The notes under the pieces were generated by a model. It had not been told where the DNA came from. It saw only the letters and a list, made by a program, of their open reading frames with translations, and ran no database searches. A stretch of DNA of 63,490 nt, filler included, from Lenisia limosa (Eukaryota > Protista > Breviatea), in assembly GCA_001655205.1 (NCBI GenBank). It is 12 parts of 12 records of this genome, joined end to end, with 100 filler letters (N's around TTAATTAATTAA, not from the genome) between each part and the next. Parts side by side here need not be neighbours in the genome. Positions count along the whole stretch, not along the records: positions 1 to 2,614 come from LPNZ01001299.1; positions 2,715 to 4,396 come from LPNZ01005310.1; positions 4,497 to 7,077 come from LPNZ01001918.1; positions 7,178 to 10,508 come from LPNZ01004576.1; positions 10,609 to 37,342 come from LPNZ01007839.1; 7 more parts are not named here. The stretch is one strand, 5' to 3'. Position numbers and translations under genes: made by a program. Positions 1 through 12,030 of this stretch are shown here, one piece after another. Each line of letters starts with the position of its first letter. Positions within the stretch are counted from its first letter, which is position 1.

Positions 1-16
1 CCCCCCCCCCCGTCAG

Positions 17-73
17 GCCTCCAACCTCTCCGGTGTGTCCTCAGACGATTCATCGGACGACGACTTCCTCTAA
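17..73 (+). CDS. Terminal exon of an upstream gene (ASNLSGVSSDDSSDDDFL*)
   Basis: C-tract and CAG acceptor at 14-16, open frame to TAA at 71-73, acidic tail. Confidence 0.5.
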   Translation, partial: ASNLSGVSSDDSSDDDFL

Positions 74-480
74 ACCCGTAACCCCTAAACCCGGTCGTGT
101 TTCTTTGACTAAATACAGTTCTTTCTTGTGCATTATTGAAGGTGAATTGGAACTTGTTCATGATGAATTGTATGCATCAGCAGTATAGCAACGTATCACG
201 GAATGACTGACTATGTTTACATTACTGCATTAGCATTACAGGCACATACCCACATACCAACTTTGAACGACTTTCACAGGTCTGTCACTGGGAACTAAAA
301 TCCGAGCCGGTGATTGTTTCAATGATTCACGATAATCAAAAGTAATCACCTTGTAAAAGAGGCGGGATTTTTTTTTTTNNNNNNNNNNNNNNNNNNNNNN
401 NNNNNNNNNNNNNNNNNNNNNNNNNNNNNNNNNNNNNNNNNNNNNNNNNNNNNNNNNNNNNNNNNNNNNNNNNNNNNNNN

Positions 481-2073
481 AGCAGCGGGCAAGTGAAGCA
501 GAAAAGAAACCACAGAGGCTACGGCTTAGAAGTTGCGAAGGTCGCTGTCGACGCCGTCTTTAAGGAGTGTGAGGCCAACGAAGCCAGTAACGGCAACTTT
601 AAGTGCACCGTGAGACAGGTTTGGAAGCAACTCGTCCAGGATGGCTATAATCTCCCCTGTTCCACGCTCTACGACATTTACCGACGCGTTTTGAAAGCTC
701 ATGCTGACAAGGATCAAGGCCTAGGTGAGTGAGTGTAATTTTCGGAATTAGAAATCTGATATCTCGTTTGCTAGTCTTCTTTGTCCTCAACAAAGAGGTG
801 TTTAGCATGGATATTTATATTATCACTCGTGAGGTCTTCCCTTTGATCTTGGTTTGAGTTCCCACCAGTTTTTGTCTTCTCATCTCTGATGATCCCGTTG
901 TCTATTATCTTATGGCTCTGTTTCCTATTTTGTTCTCGATTTTACCTCTGGAAATATAGTTATCTGCTTGAAGAACGTATTTCCATTTTGGCGGTCTTTT
1001 TGTTTTAGTTCTTTTAGAAATGGTTATTTGATTTGCTGTCCAAACCATTTCGTTTATAAGGGAGTTTGAACTTTGTACTATGACGCTAATAAGATATATT
1101 GATGATTGTACCACGCAAATAGGAGATGTGATGTGAATTTTCTTCATCAAAATTTCCTTTGTTTGATGTTTGTTTTGTTGTCATTAACCCTCTTGTGTTG
1201 TCAGCCAACAGAGTTGATTTGGTTTTTCTTGTTTCGTAAAATTTTCCAATTTTACCCCCCCCCCCACCAGAGACCAAGCCTGTCAGTCTCGGACGACCCA
1301 ATACATTCAGTGAAGAGGAGGAAGATGTGGGGGGGGGGGAGGAAGAGGGAGATATATGCAGTGACTGGGATAAGTCTTGACCGATTTGTTATGTAATTTC
1401 CCAAGGAAAATCAGTCAAGACTTATCCCGGTCACTGTATGTGTGTGTGGGGGTGTACAACCTCATGTTTTTATTGTTCATTATGTTTATCAACTTCCCAA
1501 TTTTGCCATCCTTCCAGGAGATACATATCATATAGAAATGTAACAAAAATAGACAATATCAAGCTGAAGACGACCACACCATCACGCTTACAAGAGATAT
1601 TGGAGTGTAGTATTATATTAATTCACCCAATCATTTACCTTACAACCATCTGTACACATCATCACGCGTATACGATATATTGGACTTTTGTTAATCCGCT
1701 GTTTAGGAGATAGTGACGGCATGCAAGGCTCAGAACGAGGCCAATTGGGACAATCCTTCAGTCTTGTCCGCTGTTGCTAAGGAGGTGAGGGAGGGGGGTA
1801 TTTGATGGGGTGTGTGTTGGGTGGAGAGCGGAGGTAAACGAGACAGCGAGAGAGAGGTAGTGCCCTGGGCGAGTAAAATTGGAAAATTTATGAGAAGAAG
1901 AAGAAAAAAAAGCCCAAATCAAGGGTGTATCGGTTAAGGCTTCTTAATTCTCCCCCCCNNNNNNNNNNNNNNNNNNNNNNNNNNNNNNNNNNNNNNNNNN
2001 NNNNNNNNNNNNNNNNNNNNNNNNNNNNNNNNNNNNNNNNNNNNNNNNNCGTGAAGGCGACACTCCAGCGATA
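481..2073 (+). CDS. Pogo/Tigger/CENP-B-type DNA-binding protein, N-terminal part (transposase-like, partial)
   Basis: Phase-compatible exons 481-724, 1271-1326, 1707-1784 and about 2050-2073. They give a psq-like HTH (VAKVAVDAVF...TVRQVWKQLVQDGYNLPCSTLYDIYRR) followed by a CENP-B/Tc5-like HTH start (GRPNTFSEEEEDEIVTACKAQ...VLSAVAKE). No DDE domain is visible before the scaffold ends. Confidence 0.6.
1150..1270 (+). repeat. Splice-site-anchored repeat family D, C-tract end at acceptor
   Basis: ...GTGTTGTCAGCCAACAGAGTTGATTTG...AAATTTTCCAATTTTAC(C)nACCAG. Confidence 0.8.
1359..1436. mobile_element. Tc1/pogo-like MITE family C copy
   Basis: CAGTGAC..GATAAGTCTTGACC...GTCAAGACTTATC..GTCACTG; right flank TA, left flank TG. 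Confidence 0.75.
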
Positions 2074-2189
2074 TGTAAGAGGGGTAGATATAATATGACA
2101 GAGATGAGAAAAAAAAAGGTTGTGGAGGGGGGTGTGGTAGGTGTACAGTGACCGTAATGCTTCGTGGATATCAAAGAGAGTATTATTTC

Positions 2190-2327
2190 TAGGACTCGCT
2201 GCAATTAATTATTTGAAGAAATTAATTGATAAAGTTTGAAATTATAGTGTTATCAATTGAGTTTCATTATAACATGTCGCACTTCAAATTTTTCAGTTGT
2301 TTTTTCAATTAATTGCACGGAGCCCTA
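2190..2327. mobile_element. MITE family B copy
   Basis: TIR ...AATTAATTGCACGGAGCCCTA; flanks ATTATTTC / ATTTTTTC. Confidence 0.8.
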
Positions 2328-2526
2328 ATTTTTTCTGTGCATAAACTAGAGTTCAATTCTCCAAATCACAACTACTATAAAAAGTAGTCTATTCATCGAT
2401 GTTAAGCAAATGTGATTGAAAAACTGCTTCGACAGATCCATTATTCCCCTCTCCCCTCTATTATTGACTCCTTTTTTTGTTTTGTTTATTTTGGTTCGTA
2501 ATTTCCTTTGTTTTACCCCCCCCCCT

Positions 2527-2613
2527 CCTGATGGGATGCGGTGCTGCAGAAGCAGGAGTGATGGGATGCGGTGCTGCAGAAGCTGGAGTGATGGGATGCG
2601 GTGCTGCAGAAGC
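2527..2613 (+). repeat. Three tandem copies (about 29 bp) of the family D head
   Basis: (GGAGTGATGGGATGCGGTGCTGCAGAAGC)x3. Confidence 0.85.
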
Positions 2614-2658
2614 TNNNNNNNNNNNNNNNNNNNNNNNNNNNNNNNNNNNNNNNNNNNN

Positions 2659-2670
2659 TTAATTAATTAA
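2659..2670. other. Artificial scaffold linker TTAATTAATTAA (first of 11)
   Basis: Identical 12-mer with stops in all six frames, flanked by 44 N each side, at 2659, 4441, 7122, 10553, 37387, 40332, 44289, 46385, 49009, 50234 and 59956. Confidence 0.98.
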
Positions 2671-3002
2671 NNNNNNNNNNNNNNNNNNNNNNNNNNNNNN
2701 NNNNNNNNNNNNNNGCGTAAAGGTACTAATCACGAACCGAATAATCTGAAACTCCAAACAAACAAAAAAACAAACCAAAAAACAAGCAATAAAAAACATG
2801 AGGGGGGAGGGGGTGATATTGGACAATTTATGATAATGATTAGGGGTAACGTAAATTAATAAAATACCACCCCCCAAAAAAACAGCTGGACATTGGGCAC
2901 ACGGGGGTTACTGAGAGTACGGGATGTATTCACATGGTAAATAGGGAAAATTCCAAAATAAAAATAAAAATAACGACAAATCTACCTCCCCCCCTTCCCA
3001 AC

Positions 3003-3971
3003 CAGTCATGAGACTTGCCATATGCGGAAGAACCTCAGGGTAAATAATCTCCAACGCCCGCTCAGGCTCGCGATCTGGACTGTGAAAAAAAAAGGGGGGG
3101 AATCAAAAGAAAAAGAAGAAAATGACAAATGCATGTTCCTCGAACGCTAACTCTTGTCATACTTTGTATTTATTTATACAATGACGAGAAGTCTTGACCG
3201 ATTGTCCTTGGGAAATCATAGTCGGTTGAGACTTATCTTGGTTACTGTATGTATACCCCCCCCCCCCANNNNNNNNNNNNNNNNNNNNNNNNNNNNNNNN
3301 NNNNNNNNNNNNNNNNNNNNNNNNNNNNNNNNNNNNNNNNNNNNNNNNNNNAGCTGAAGACATGCCCAATCGCCGTGTCAAGGGTCAGGTTGTTGGCGTT
3401 GTTACCGTTGTCCTCAATGGTCATCCTGGGAGGAAGGTAAATGAGACAATTTATGAAACTGGAGGGATCACTGGTCCAACATCTATCACCACAATCTAGG
3501 GTTTCACTTCGGTTCAAAAAGACGAAATATCTCGATATATCCTCGAATATTGTACCGGTCTTTTTCGAACCGAAGTGAAGCACCACCAGCACCCCCACCC
3601 CCACTGGTCCAATTTGGACAACAAAGCGTCAGGGCCCTTCATGTCAAAGGGCGCGGGAGGCATGGNNNNNNNNNNNNNNNNNNNNNNNNNNNNNNNNNNN
3701 NNNNNNNNNNNNNNNNNNNNNNNNNNNNNNNNNNACTTCCGACAATTTCCTGGCCGTAGTTGCCGACGCTGAAGTGGGGGTAAGAAAAGGAAACATTACT
3801 CATTTCAATTATTGTTTAGATTTTGTTTCAAATTTTGAAACTATGGGTATTAATTGCAATCGAGTCTCAATTGAAACTAGGATCATTAAGACCCGCATAC
3901 CTATGGGGGGCATTTGCGGATTCGCGGGGGAACGGCGGAGAGGAACTGAAGGGCTCTGAACCACGCCGGCG
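3003..3971 (-). CDS. Hypothetical protein, partial, multi-exon
   Basis: GT-AG-bounded GC-richer exons: PAWFRALQFLSAVPRESANAPI / VGNYGQEIVGS / MPPAPFDMKGPDALLSKLDQW / MTIEDNGNNANNLTLDTAIGHVFS / PDREPERALEIIYPEVLPHMASLMT. Family not recognised. Confidence 0.6.
3179..3247. mobile_element. MITE family C copy
   Basis: TA|CAATGAC...GTTACTG|TA. Confidence 0.7.
3497..3585. mobile_element. MITE family A copy
   Basis: TAGGGTTTCACTTCGGTTC...GAACCGAAGTGAAGCACCA, intronic. Confidence 0.75.
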
Positions 3972-4771
3972 CTGTTGCGTGGCGGGGGAGGGAGTCTGTT
4001 GCTGGGGAGTTAAACGAACGAAATTTCGATAATCACGAACTGATTAATCTGGAACTCCAAACAAACACAAAAACAAACACAAAAACAAAAAGGCAATAAC
4101 AAACATGAAAAATGGATAATTATGTGTTTGTGAGGGGGTTTTTTTTTTGAAAAAGAGAAATGATATTAACATAAAAAATCGAGGGAAGCAAATAAATACA
4201 TAGGGATACCATTAACACATTACCATACCTCCACGAGGGTGGGGGGTAAGGAGGAAATAACAAACACAAAAATAATAAATAATAGTTTGACACTCTTTCT
4301 TAAACTGTATACCCCGAATAAAGCTCCACTACCCCACATCATCATTCTTTTTTGAAGAACGGGAGTGTAAATGTATCGATAAATTTAGGAAGAAAANNNN
4401 NNNNNNNNNNNNNNNNNNNNNNNNNNNNNNNNNNNNNNNNTTAATTAATTAANNNNNNNNNNNNNNNNNNNNNNNNNNNNNNNNNNNNNNNNNNNNTGCA
4501 TCCTTTCACAATTGGACTATTTAAACAAAAACAAGCCCAAAATAAACCCTTTTGACATGAAACACACTGAAATTAAAAACTACAAAATAAACCAAGCCCA
4601 GCCCTGTCGCTTCTGCAAGGGGACACACGTATATATGTCTGAAATAACACGAAGAAGAAGTTAAAGCTCATGGTAATTTGTTTATGGTATCCCTATATAA
4701 ATTTTTGTTTCCCTTGATTTCAAATGTATATTTTTTCTAAAAAAAAAAGCTCATATCCCCTCCCCCCTCAC

Positions 4772-7024
4772 ATGCAGAGTTTTCGGTACTCCAGCTAAGG
4801 CATCCAGCCTGTGAAGCCACTCCACGCCTTTCTCCAAAGTAGCAGGAGACTGGCCAAAAACACTCGAAACCCTCTCAGTGTAGTCCTAAGATGGGTTACT
4901 TCAAATGAGGGGGTGAAATTGGAACATTTATTATTAAAGCCCAATTCAACTCTGTTGGCTTACAACACACGAGGGTTGATAACACACAAGGGTTGTTAAA
5001 AACAAAAAAAAAGCCCAGGCAAGTCGCTTCTGCAGCGCCGCATCCCATCACTCCACGTAGGTAATGATCATATGGCATATGGGAGGGCCGGGGGAGAGAG
5101 AGGGAACATCATTAAAACTCATATTACAATCCCCACATACCATTATAACTCCAATTAGCATCATGATTGTAGAGTGCACCGAATTGGACACCACCTGGGT
5201 CCATCTTGAGAGAGCAGGCTTCACCACTTCAATGACATCCTGGAGGTTGTGGGAGAAAATTTGAAAAATTTGAGAAACAAAAAAGCCCACAATCAAATAT
5301 TTTGGCTTTATTATAATGAGGGAGGAGGAGGGGTGGGGGGGGAGTGTNNNNNNNNNNNNNNNNNNNNNNNNNNNNNNNNNNNNNNNNNNNNNNNNNNNNN
5401 NNNNNNNNNNNNNNNNNNNNNNNNNNNNNNNNNNNNNNNNNNNNNNNNNNNNNNNTTCTGCAGCACCGCATCCCATTATTCGTAAATTAAAAACTATGTT
5501 GTACCATATGCTCAATATTCATTATTATGTCTTGAGCTAATATCGAGCTAACTTGACGTTAGGAAGCCCTAGGTAAATACCAACCCCCCAAACCTCGAAG
5601 GAGATTGAGTAAAATCCTAGGCGAGCAGTGGGTAGAATGGACTTGTACTTGAGGGTCATGTTAACCAGGTCAGCGATGAGCTGTCTCCCAACTGGTAAGT
5701 CAAAGGAGGATAGGGGGGGGGGGTAAATTGAAAAATTTATGAAACAAAAACAAACGCAAATCAACTCTGTTGGCTGCCAACACACAAGGGTTGTTAACAA
5801 CAAAACAAACACAGACCAGGCCAGTTGATTCCCATCACTTGAACATGCTGTACTATAAAACGATGAATAAAACGATGAATACTATAAAATGATGAATACT
5901 ATTGTTGCCCAAAGTAACAAATCTCTACACCTTCCACGGCATACCTCCCCCCCCCCTTTCAATCACAAACCTATGAAACAAAAATAAAATCACCTCCGTT
6001 ATGCACACAAAAATAACTCTGCGATGAAAAAACACAAAAATTATCTCTGTTATGAAACAAAAAAAAATGACACTTCCTCTCCCAACCTTTTTCAACTTGC
6101 ACAATTTCATCCCCTCCCTCCAACCATCTATTTAACACCATCACAGACAATCCCTGTATCACCTTCGACATCAGGAATTTCAGTCGAGGACGTGTAATAC
6201 AATCAAACACCATCACCACCACAGACACCCCCATCATCACCATTACACCGAAAGCTCAAAGTATGATTATACAATATGTCCAATATAATAGTAGATAACC
6301 TTCAACTTGCCATTTAACACTCCATCTCCACCACAGACAACCCCATCACCTTCGACATCCGGAATTTCAGTCTGGGCTGTGTAGTACAACCCGCTGTCCA
6401 ACTCAAAAGGCAGGTTTTGCCAGGATAACAGCGGGGTTAAACTCGTGTAAAATGCCTAGGTTAGGGAGGGTTAACTTGGAATATACATATGAAACAAAAA
6501 AAATCAACTCTTTTGGTAAGAGAGATAGAGGGGGGGGGGGGGTTATNNNNNNNNNNNNNNNNNNNNNNNNNNNNNNNNNNNNNNNNNNNNNNNNNNNNNN
6601 NNNNNNNNNNNNNNNNNNNNNNNNNNNNNNNNNNNNNNNNNNNNNNNNNNNNNNNNNNNNNNNNNNNNNNNNNNNNNNNNNNNNGTAAAATATCAATAAT
6701 TTTTGACGATTTGTCAAGCAATTTTGAATATTATCTAACCGAAGTGAATCCCTAAATTAAATAGAGTGGAACATAATCAGAAGATCCCCTTGGATTTATT
6801 TGTTTCTCTAATGTATTTCATATATTATTTCTCTTGTTTTAAAAAAAGATCAGTAATCCTAACTCGAAACAAGCAAACAATACCCCTTTTCATAACATCG
6901 AAGAAACCAGAGACCGTCCACCCACGCTCATTGTGCTCTCGAAGCAGCCGAACACTGCCAGGATATCTAGAGTGACAGCCTGAATTCGAGGGTCTTGGAG
7001 CGCCGTGGTGGAGGGAGGTGGGCA
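4772..7024 (-). CDS. Hypothetical protein, partial, multi-exon
   Basis: The four downstream exons splice in phase to AFYTSLTPLLSWQNLPFELDSGLYYTAQTEIPDVE-VGRQLIADLVNMTLKYKSILPTARLGFYSISFE-DVIEVVKPALSRWTQ-DYTERVSSVFGQSPATLEKGVEWLHRLDALAGVPKTLH. A further candidate exon lies near 6925-7024. Family not recognised. Confidence 0.65.
4896..5055 (-). repeat. Family D, full-length copy near acceptor
   Basis: Includes the GGAGTGATGGGATGCGGCGCTGCAGAAG head and the C-tract end. Confidence 0.8.
5712..5840 (-). repeat. Family D copy near acceptor
   Basis: Same core sequence. Confidence 0.75.
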
Positions 7025-8345
7025 CTGAGGGGGGGCGGGTAAAATTGGAAAATTTATGAAACAAAAAACGCCCAAAANNNNNNNNNNNNNNNNNNNNNNN
7101 NNNNNNNNNNNNNNNNNNNNNTTAATTAATTAANNNNNNNNNNNNNNNNNNNNNNNNNNNNNNNNNNNNNNNNNNNNAGTGTGGAGGGGTCGTACCTAGC
7201 TCGTTGCTTCTGCCCATTACAACAGGCAATCTTTCAAAAAGTTGAAATAATTGAATTAATTATTCTCAAATTATTCTCTTTAATACTCCATTTCCCCCCA
7301 CATCAGTTACGGTGGTGCCGAAGCCTGTGAATTGTCTTTGTACAGGTTTTGTTTCGTCATACTTCACGAGAAAAAGGGCTTGACTGGTACTGAGAGAATA
7401 ATGTGGGCGATAGAATTCGAGCTGAAATGGTACCAATTATAAAAATCATTTGGATTAACAAACGGAGGATTGTAACACAAGAATAGGACTCATGCGGAGA
7501 AGAAACTATATGAAGAAATGACCCGAAGAAGGTGATTTCCCACGGAAAATCGGTCAAAACTGATCCCGGTCACTCTATATATGCATATACTAGATAATAT
7601 ATATAATTATATCATACACTAGTATATTATTTTCTTATAAATTAAAGTTAAACTTGGAACACTTCTTAAGAACCTTGCGTAATGGACCAATATATTTGAA
7701 TTAGAGATATCATGAATATATCACATAGCTATACCGAAACACAAATCATATATTTAGAACTCCATTCAATTCATTGAAAATTTATTTTGAATTTTGAAGT
7801 GGGACACCTTCGATAAATCCTAAATCAATATTGTTACAAAAGATTGTCCAAAACGGACCAGATGAATCGGTCCGCTGATTAACCTTTTCAGATTTCATAG
7901 CCACTACCTCTCATAAACGACCTCATTCACCGCCTACATGTTGTATGAAGTTTCGACGTTCGTTTGCGTAAACGAAGTTGCTGTAGTGGTTAGAACCCCC
8001 TGATCTAATGACAACCAACTTGATGAAACGAAGAGGGAGCAGAGGAATGCGAAGAAATACCGCTGTAATCGGTTCATATTTAAATTAATTAGCAAATTAG
8101 TTGGGGTAGCAGCAGAAGAGGCTCTCACTGCGTCAAAAATGGCACGATTTCAAAACTATATAAATAGAGGTCATATATGATCTTTTATTTATCTTTTTTT
8201 CAGTAATGTCTCTATTTCTATCTAATATGCTGTTTCATGGATGATTTCATATACTTTTAAATTGGAGCCTGTGGTGTACAATATCTTTCCCTTTTAGCCA
8301 GAGCCAATGCAACCAAAGCCCTCTTGTGTTGATAAATAAGCCAAA

Positions 8346-9114
8346 ATGACAGAGAATCACACTGAAACACCCAAACCCCAGGAGAACGAAGAGTCCCCTC
8401 TCCCCGCCATGGATCAGGCTGTTTACGACGCTCTTTCAAAGCACAGCCCCCGATTCCAGAAGGTTAACAATGATTGCGGTGTAAGCTGGGAACCTTCTTC
8501 TCTGGAGATCAATTTTCCCACCCCGCTCTCATCTTCATCCCTGGATTTTCTTAGTTTGAGTTCTGGTATGTACTAGAGTATGTATAAAGAAGCGATAAGC
8601 AAGATGGATCCTTTTTTATTTTTATAGGAACTGATCAAGCAAGTTCAAAGTATCTGTGGCAAATCACCGGGTAGCCAAGGATGCATGGCTCTTTATGAGG
8701 TGAGGGGGCAATCACTGCTTGTGGCCGACAGAGAGTGAAGAGGGCTTACTTCAGAGTGTCACACAACTGCAGCAAATTAGATTAAATCTGCGAAATCTTG
8801 ATGCCAGCCGCTGCGAATACCTTGCAACAGTTGGGACGGCTACAGATCTGATCCTTTGAAGGGCCTGGATTGCCTACTCTGAAAGTGTCCGATTAAGCAT
8901 AATAAAAGCGTAGCTAGGGTAATGTATGAGAAAGCTGTTATATTTAAAAACAGTTCCAACGAGAGAAATTCGGACAGCCTCTTGCTGCTCTGAGGAACTG
9001 AAAAACATATTCAATAACCTAACAGAAAATGTTCGAATGTTACGCTCAGTCCATTTGTCCTGCTGAATACTCCTCCCTGATTTCCTGCATGATGAAGACT
9101 AGTGACCCTAAGCA
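8346..9114 (+). CDS. Twin CX9C (CHCH-like) small protein, 3' end lost in gap
   Basis: Exons 8346-8462, 8628-8699 and 9026-9114 give ...GCMALYEKMFECYAQSICPAEYSSLISCMMK, with two exact CX9C motifs. Confidence 0.65.
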
Positions 9115-12030
9115 GTGGGGAGGGCGGTTTGGANNNNNNNNNNNNNNNNNNNNNNNNNNNNNNNNNNNNNNNNNNNNNNNNNNNNNNNNNNNNNNNNNNN
9201 NNNNNNNNNNNNNNNNNNNNNNNNNNNNNNNNNNNNNNNNNNNNNNNTTATTAAAACATCAACCAAAATTGGAGGCGATAGTGATGTGATGCGATACAAC
9301 GAAAGCGACTGGCCTGGGCTGTGGTTTATTGTATTCAACCTTTGTGCGTTTCTCAAATGTGTAGCCCACATAATTGATGCTGGTGTTTTTATCTAGTTTT
9401 TGTCGTTTTAGCGTTGGTTGCAGGTGTTTGTTAAGTTGTTTTTGTTTTGTTGTTGTTTGAGTTTAGTACTTTTTATTCCTCATCTAAATATCCTTCGATT
9501 CACCCCGCCAACAGAGTTGATTTGGGCTTTNNNNNNNNNNNNNNNNNNNNNNNNNNNNNNNNNNNNNNNNNNNNNNNNNNNNNNNNNNNNNNNNNNNNNN
9601 NNNNNNNNNNNNNNNNNNNNNNNNNNNNNNNNNNNNNNNNNNNNNNNNNNNNNNNNNNNNNNNNNNNNNNNNNNNNNNNNNNNNNNNNNNNNNNNNNNNN
9701 NNNNNNNNNNNNNNNGGAATTTTCGAGGAATTCAGTCTTTATTCGAACCGAAGTGTGAAGCCCTCGAGAGGGGGGGTCATTGTTTCTGAAGTCTTGTTTC
9801 AAAAGAAAGTCTTTGAGAAAAGCTTCATTCTGATTCAGAAAATGAACGAAATTCTCGATAATTGTAAAACGTTTATTCACCGACTCTCTTTCATTGGAAG
9901 GAGCTATGAATGATTTATTACATTAGCATCAAGTTTGTCGTTTTTTGTGGGGGGTTTTCCTTACAGAGACTTCAAAAACTATACTCTAGTTTTCCTACCC
10001 CTGGATCTTTATGAACCTATTTCAATAGAGATTTCACTACAAAAAAACAACTAATAATCCAGATGACCACTATTTTGAAGGAAAATGACGTTGCCATGCC
10101 TCAGGCTCCTCCTATGGCAAAGTAGACAGTGTTGTAGGTTTTTATGGCGGAGTTGGATGTATTTTTAGATTTCTTCTCAGGGCTCCCCCTCGAAAATTGG
10201 ATTCAAACAAATCTCTTGTGGATGTCATATGCGTCTCAGTCATGATTGTAAGAGATCCTTGTTCACGGGGTGAAGTTGTAATATTTCATCTCATGACTAC
10301 TTTTTTTTTGTCTTAATTTGTTACCCCCTCACCTCCACTGGTTCGTAACTATTCCTTACATCCCTTCAATGAACAATTCCCTCCTCCTTTTTTTTTTTGC
10401 TAACTGGGGCAAGGTATGGTGGAAAAATTGACGGATTATTAATAATATCTCGATACTTCACAACATACCTCACCACAAATACAATAGAAACACATTAGGA
10501 TACACACANNNNNNNNNNNNNNNNNNNNNNNNNNNNNNNNNNNNNNNNNNNNTTAATTAATTAANNNNNNNNNNNNNNNNNNNNNNNNNNNNNNNNNNNN
10601 NNNNNNNNCAGCACCGCATCCCATCACTCCGTTTTATTATCTTAGGGCTGGGGAGAGGGTAGAGCTTTATTAATTAGGTAGTATGGATTTCTTTTGTCTG
10701 TTGTGTGTTTTTATCTCTCCTATGTGGGTGGGTCTATATACAATTCCTTTCAAAAATAGACACTGGATGTAAATATAAGGATTAAATACTTTCAGAGAAA
10801 CCGTCAATTCGCCTCCGACTTTGAAACTGATCGAACTGCCAAGGCTGCAATGGGCTTCCTCAAAGATCCGACAGAAAGATCCAACCTGGACATAACGAAT
10901 TTGTTCAGGTGATGCGCAAATTTATGCGGGGACCGAAGGGTGACGATAAGGTATGTTCATTTTGTAAATGAAGTTTTGATTCAGTATTTATGGACCATGA
11001 TACTCATTTTTCAGATATCTGCATTTAATACTGCCTTGTGCATATAGTCTACTAACAACAATATTTTTTTTTGGTTTTTTTAACAGCCATTATCTTGCTT
11101 GCCTTATTCTTTTTATAGTTCTATTCGACTACCATTTGCCGACATCCTGGAGCACCTGTCGGTAAAGCTCCCACAAGACCGCCAGGTCATCCTGAACCGA
11201 AGTGAATCCCATTTCAGCCATTGGCGACTTGGAGGCACCTTGGAGGTCTTGTCGGTTTATTGACATGCCTTGAAGAGTCAATAATCAAAGCCGAGATCGA
11301 AGGCACTCAGTAAGCGTAATTGTTGTACTTTATATGATATCCTTTTCTTGTAGACTTCGACCTGAATCTCCACAGAAAACTTGTGACATGGACATTGTGT
11401 TAACTGAGGGATTCTTCAAAGTTTGCTTATTGATAAGTTTTTTGACTAGAAATAATGATAAATAGGAGACGAAGTTTATAGTATGAAGGCACCTTTTTAT
11501 ATATTTGAAAATGTCATTATGTAGCTGATCTTTATATCCTGAAATCGTGCCATTCGAGAAGGCGATATCCGTTGATGAGATCAAGGACACTCACACTTTA
11601 ATTGGATGGACAGCAAAGAAATCGATACCAAAAGCTGCTGAACACCAAACGATAACAAAAGCTGCTGAATACCAAAGATAAAAAGGAAAAAATAGTACTG
11701 ACTTGTAATAGGTTGCAATAAAAGATCAAGGGAATAAAGAAACAACAAGAAAAGCAAACAGAAGAATATGGAAGAATTGATTCTAAGCTTCCCTCCTAAC
11801 ATAGACTACAACCCCCAAATATATTTATGATAGTAGTATAATATGTCATACTCATAGTCTACCATATGATATGAATCTAATTAACTACATAGTATATGAT
11901 GTATATATTAAATAGAGGTTCATTTTCGGTTCCAAAAGACGGATAAGTATCGACACTTATCGAGAATTTTTCGAGAGAGTTTAGTCTTTTTTGGAACCAA
12001 AAGAGCTCTAATATTAACCCCCCCCCCCAC

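Noticed and set aside
1740-1870. Minus-strand exon overlapping the pogo-like exon
   Set aside because: Its apparent acceptor comes from a reverse family D copy; plus-strand splice signals and protein motifs are stronger
7180-8130. Possible minus-strand gene; similar fragments at 21162-21400, 39551-39840, 59280-59840 and 60110-60316
   Set aside because: Splice-bounded open segments exist, but frame and identity are ambiguous
10796-11270. Exon-like segments (FASDFETDRTAKAAMGFLKDP / HNEFVQVMRKFMRGPKGDDK)
   Set aside because: Probably coding, but frames conflict and no consistent model or family could be set
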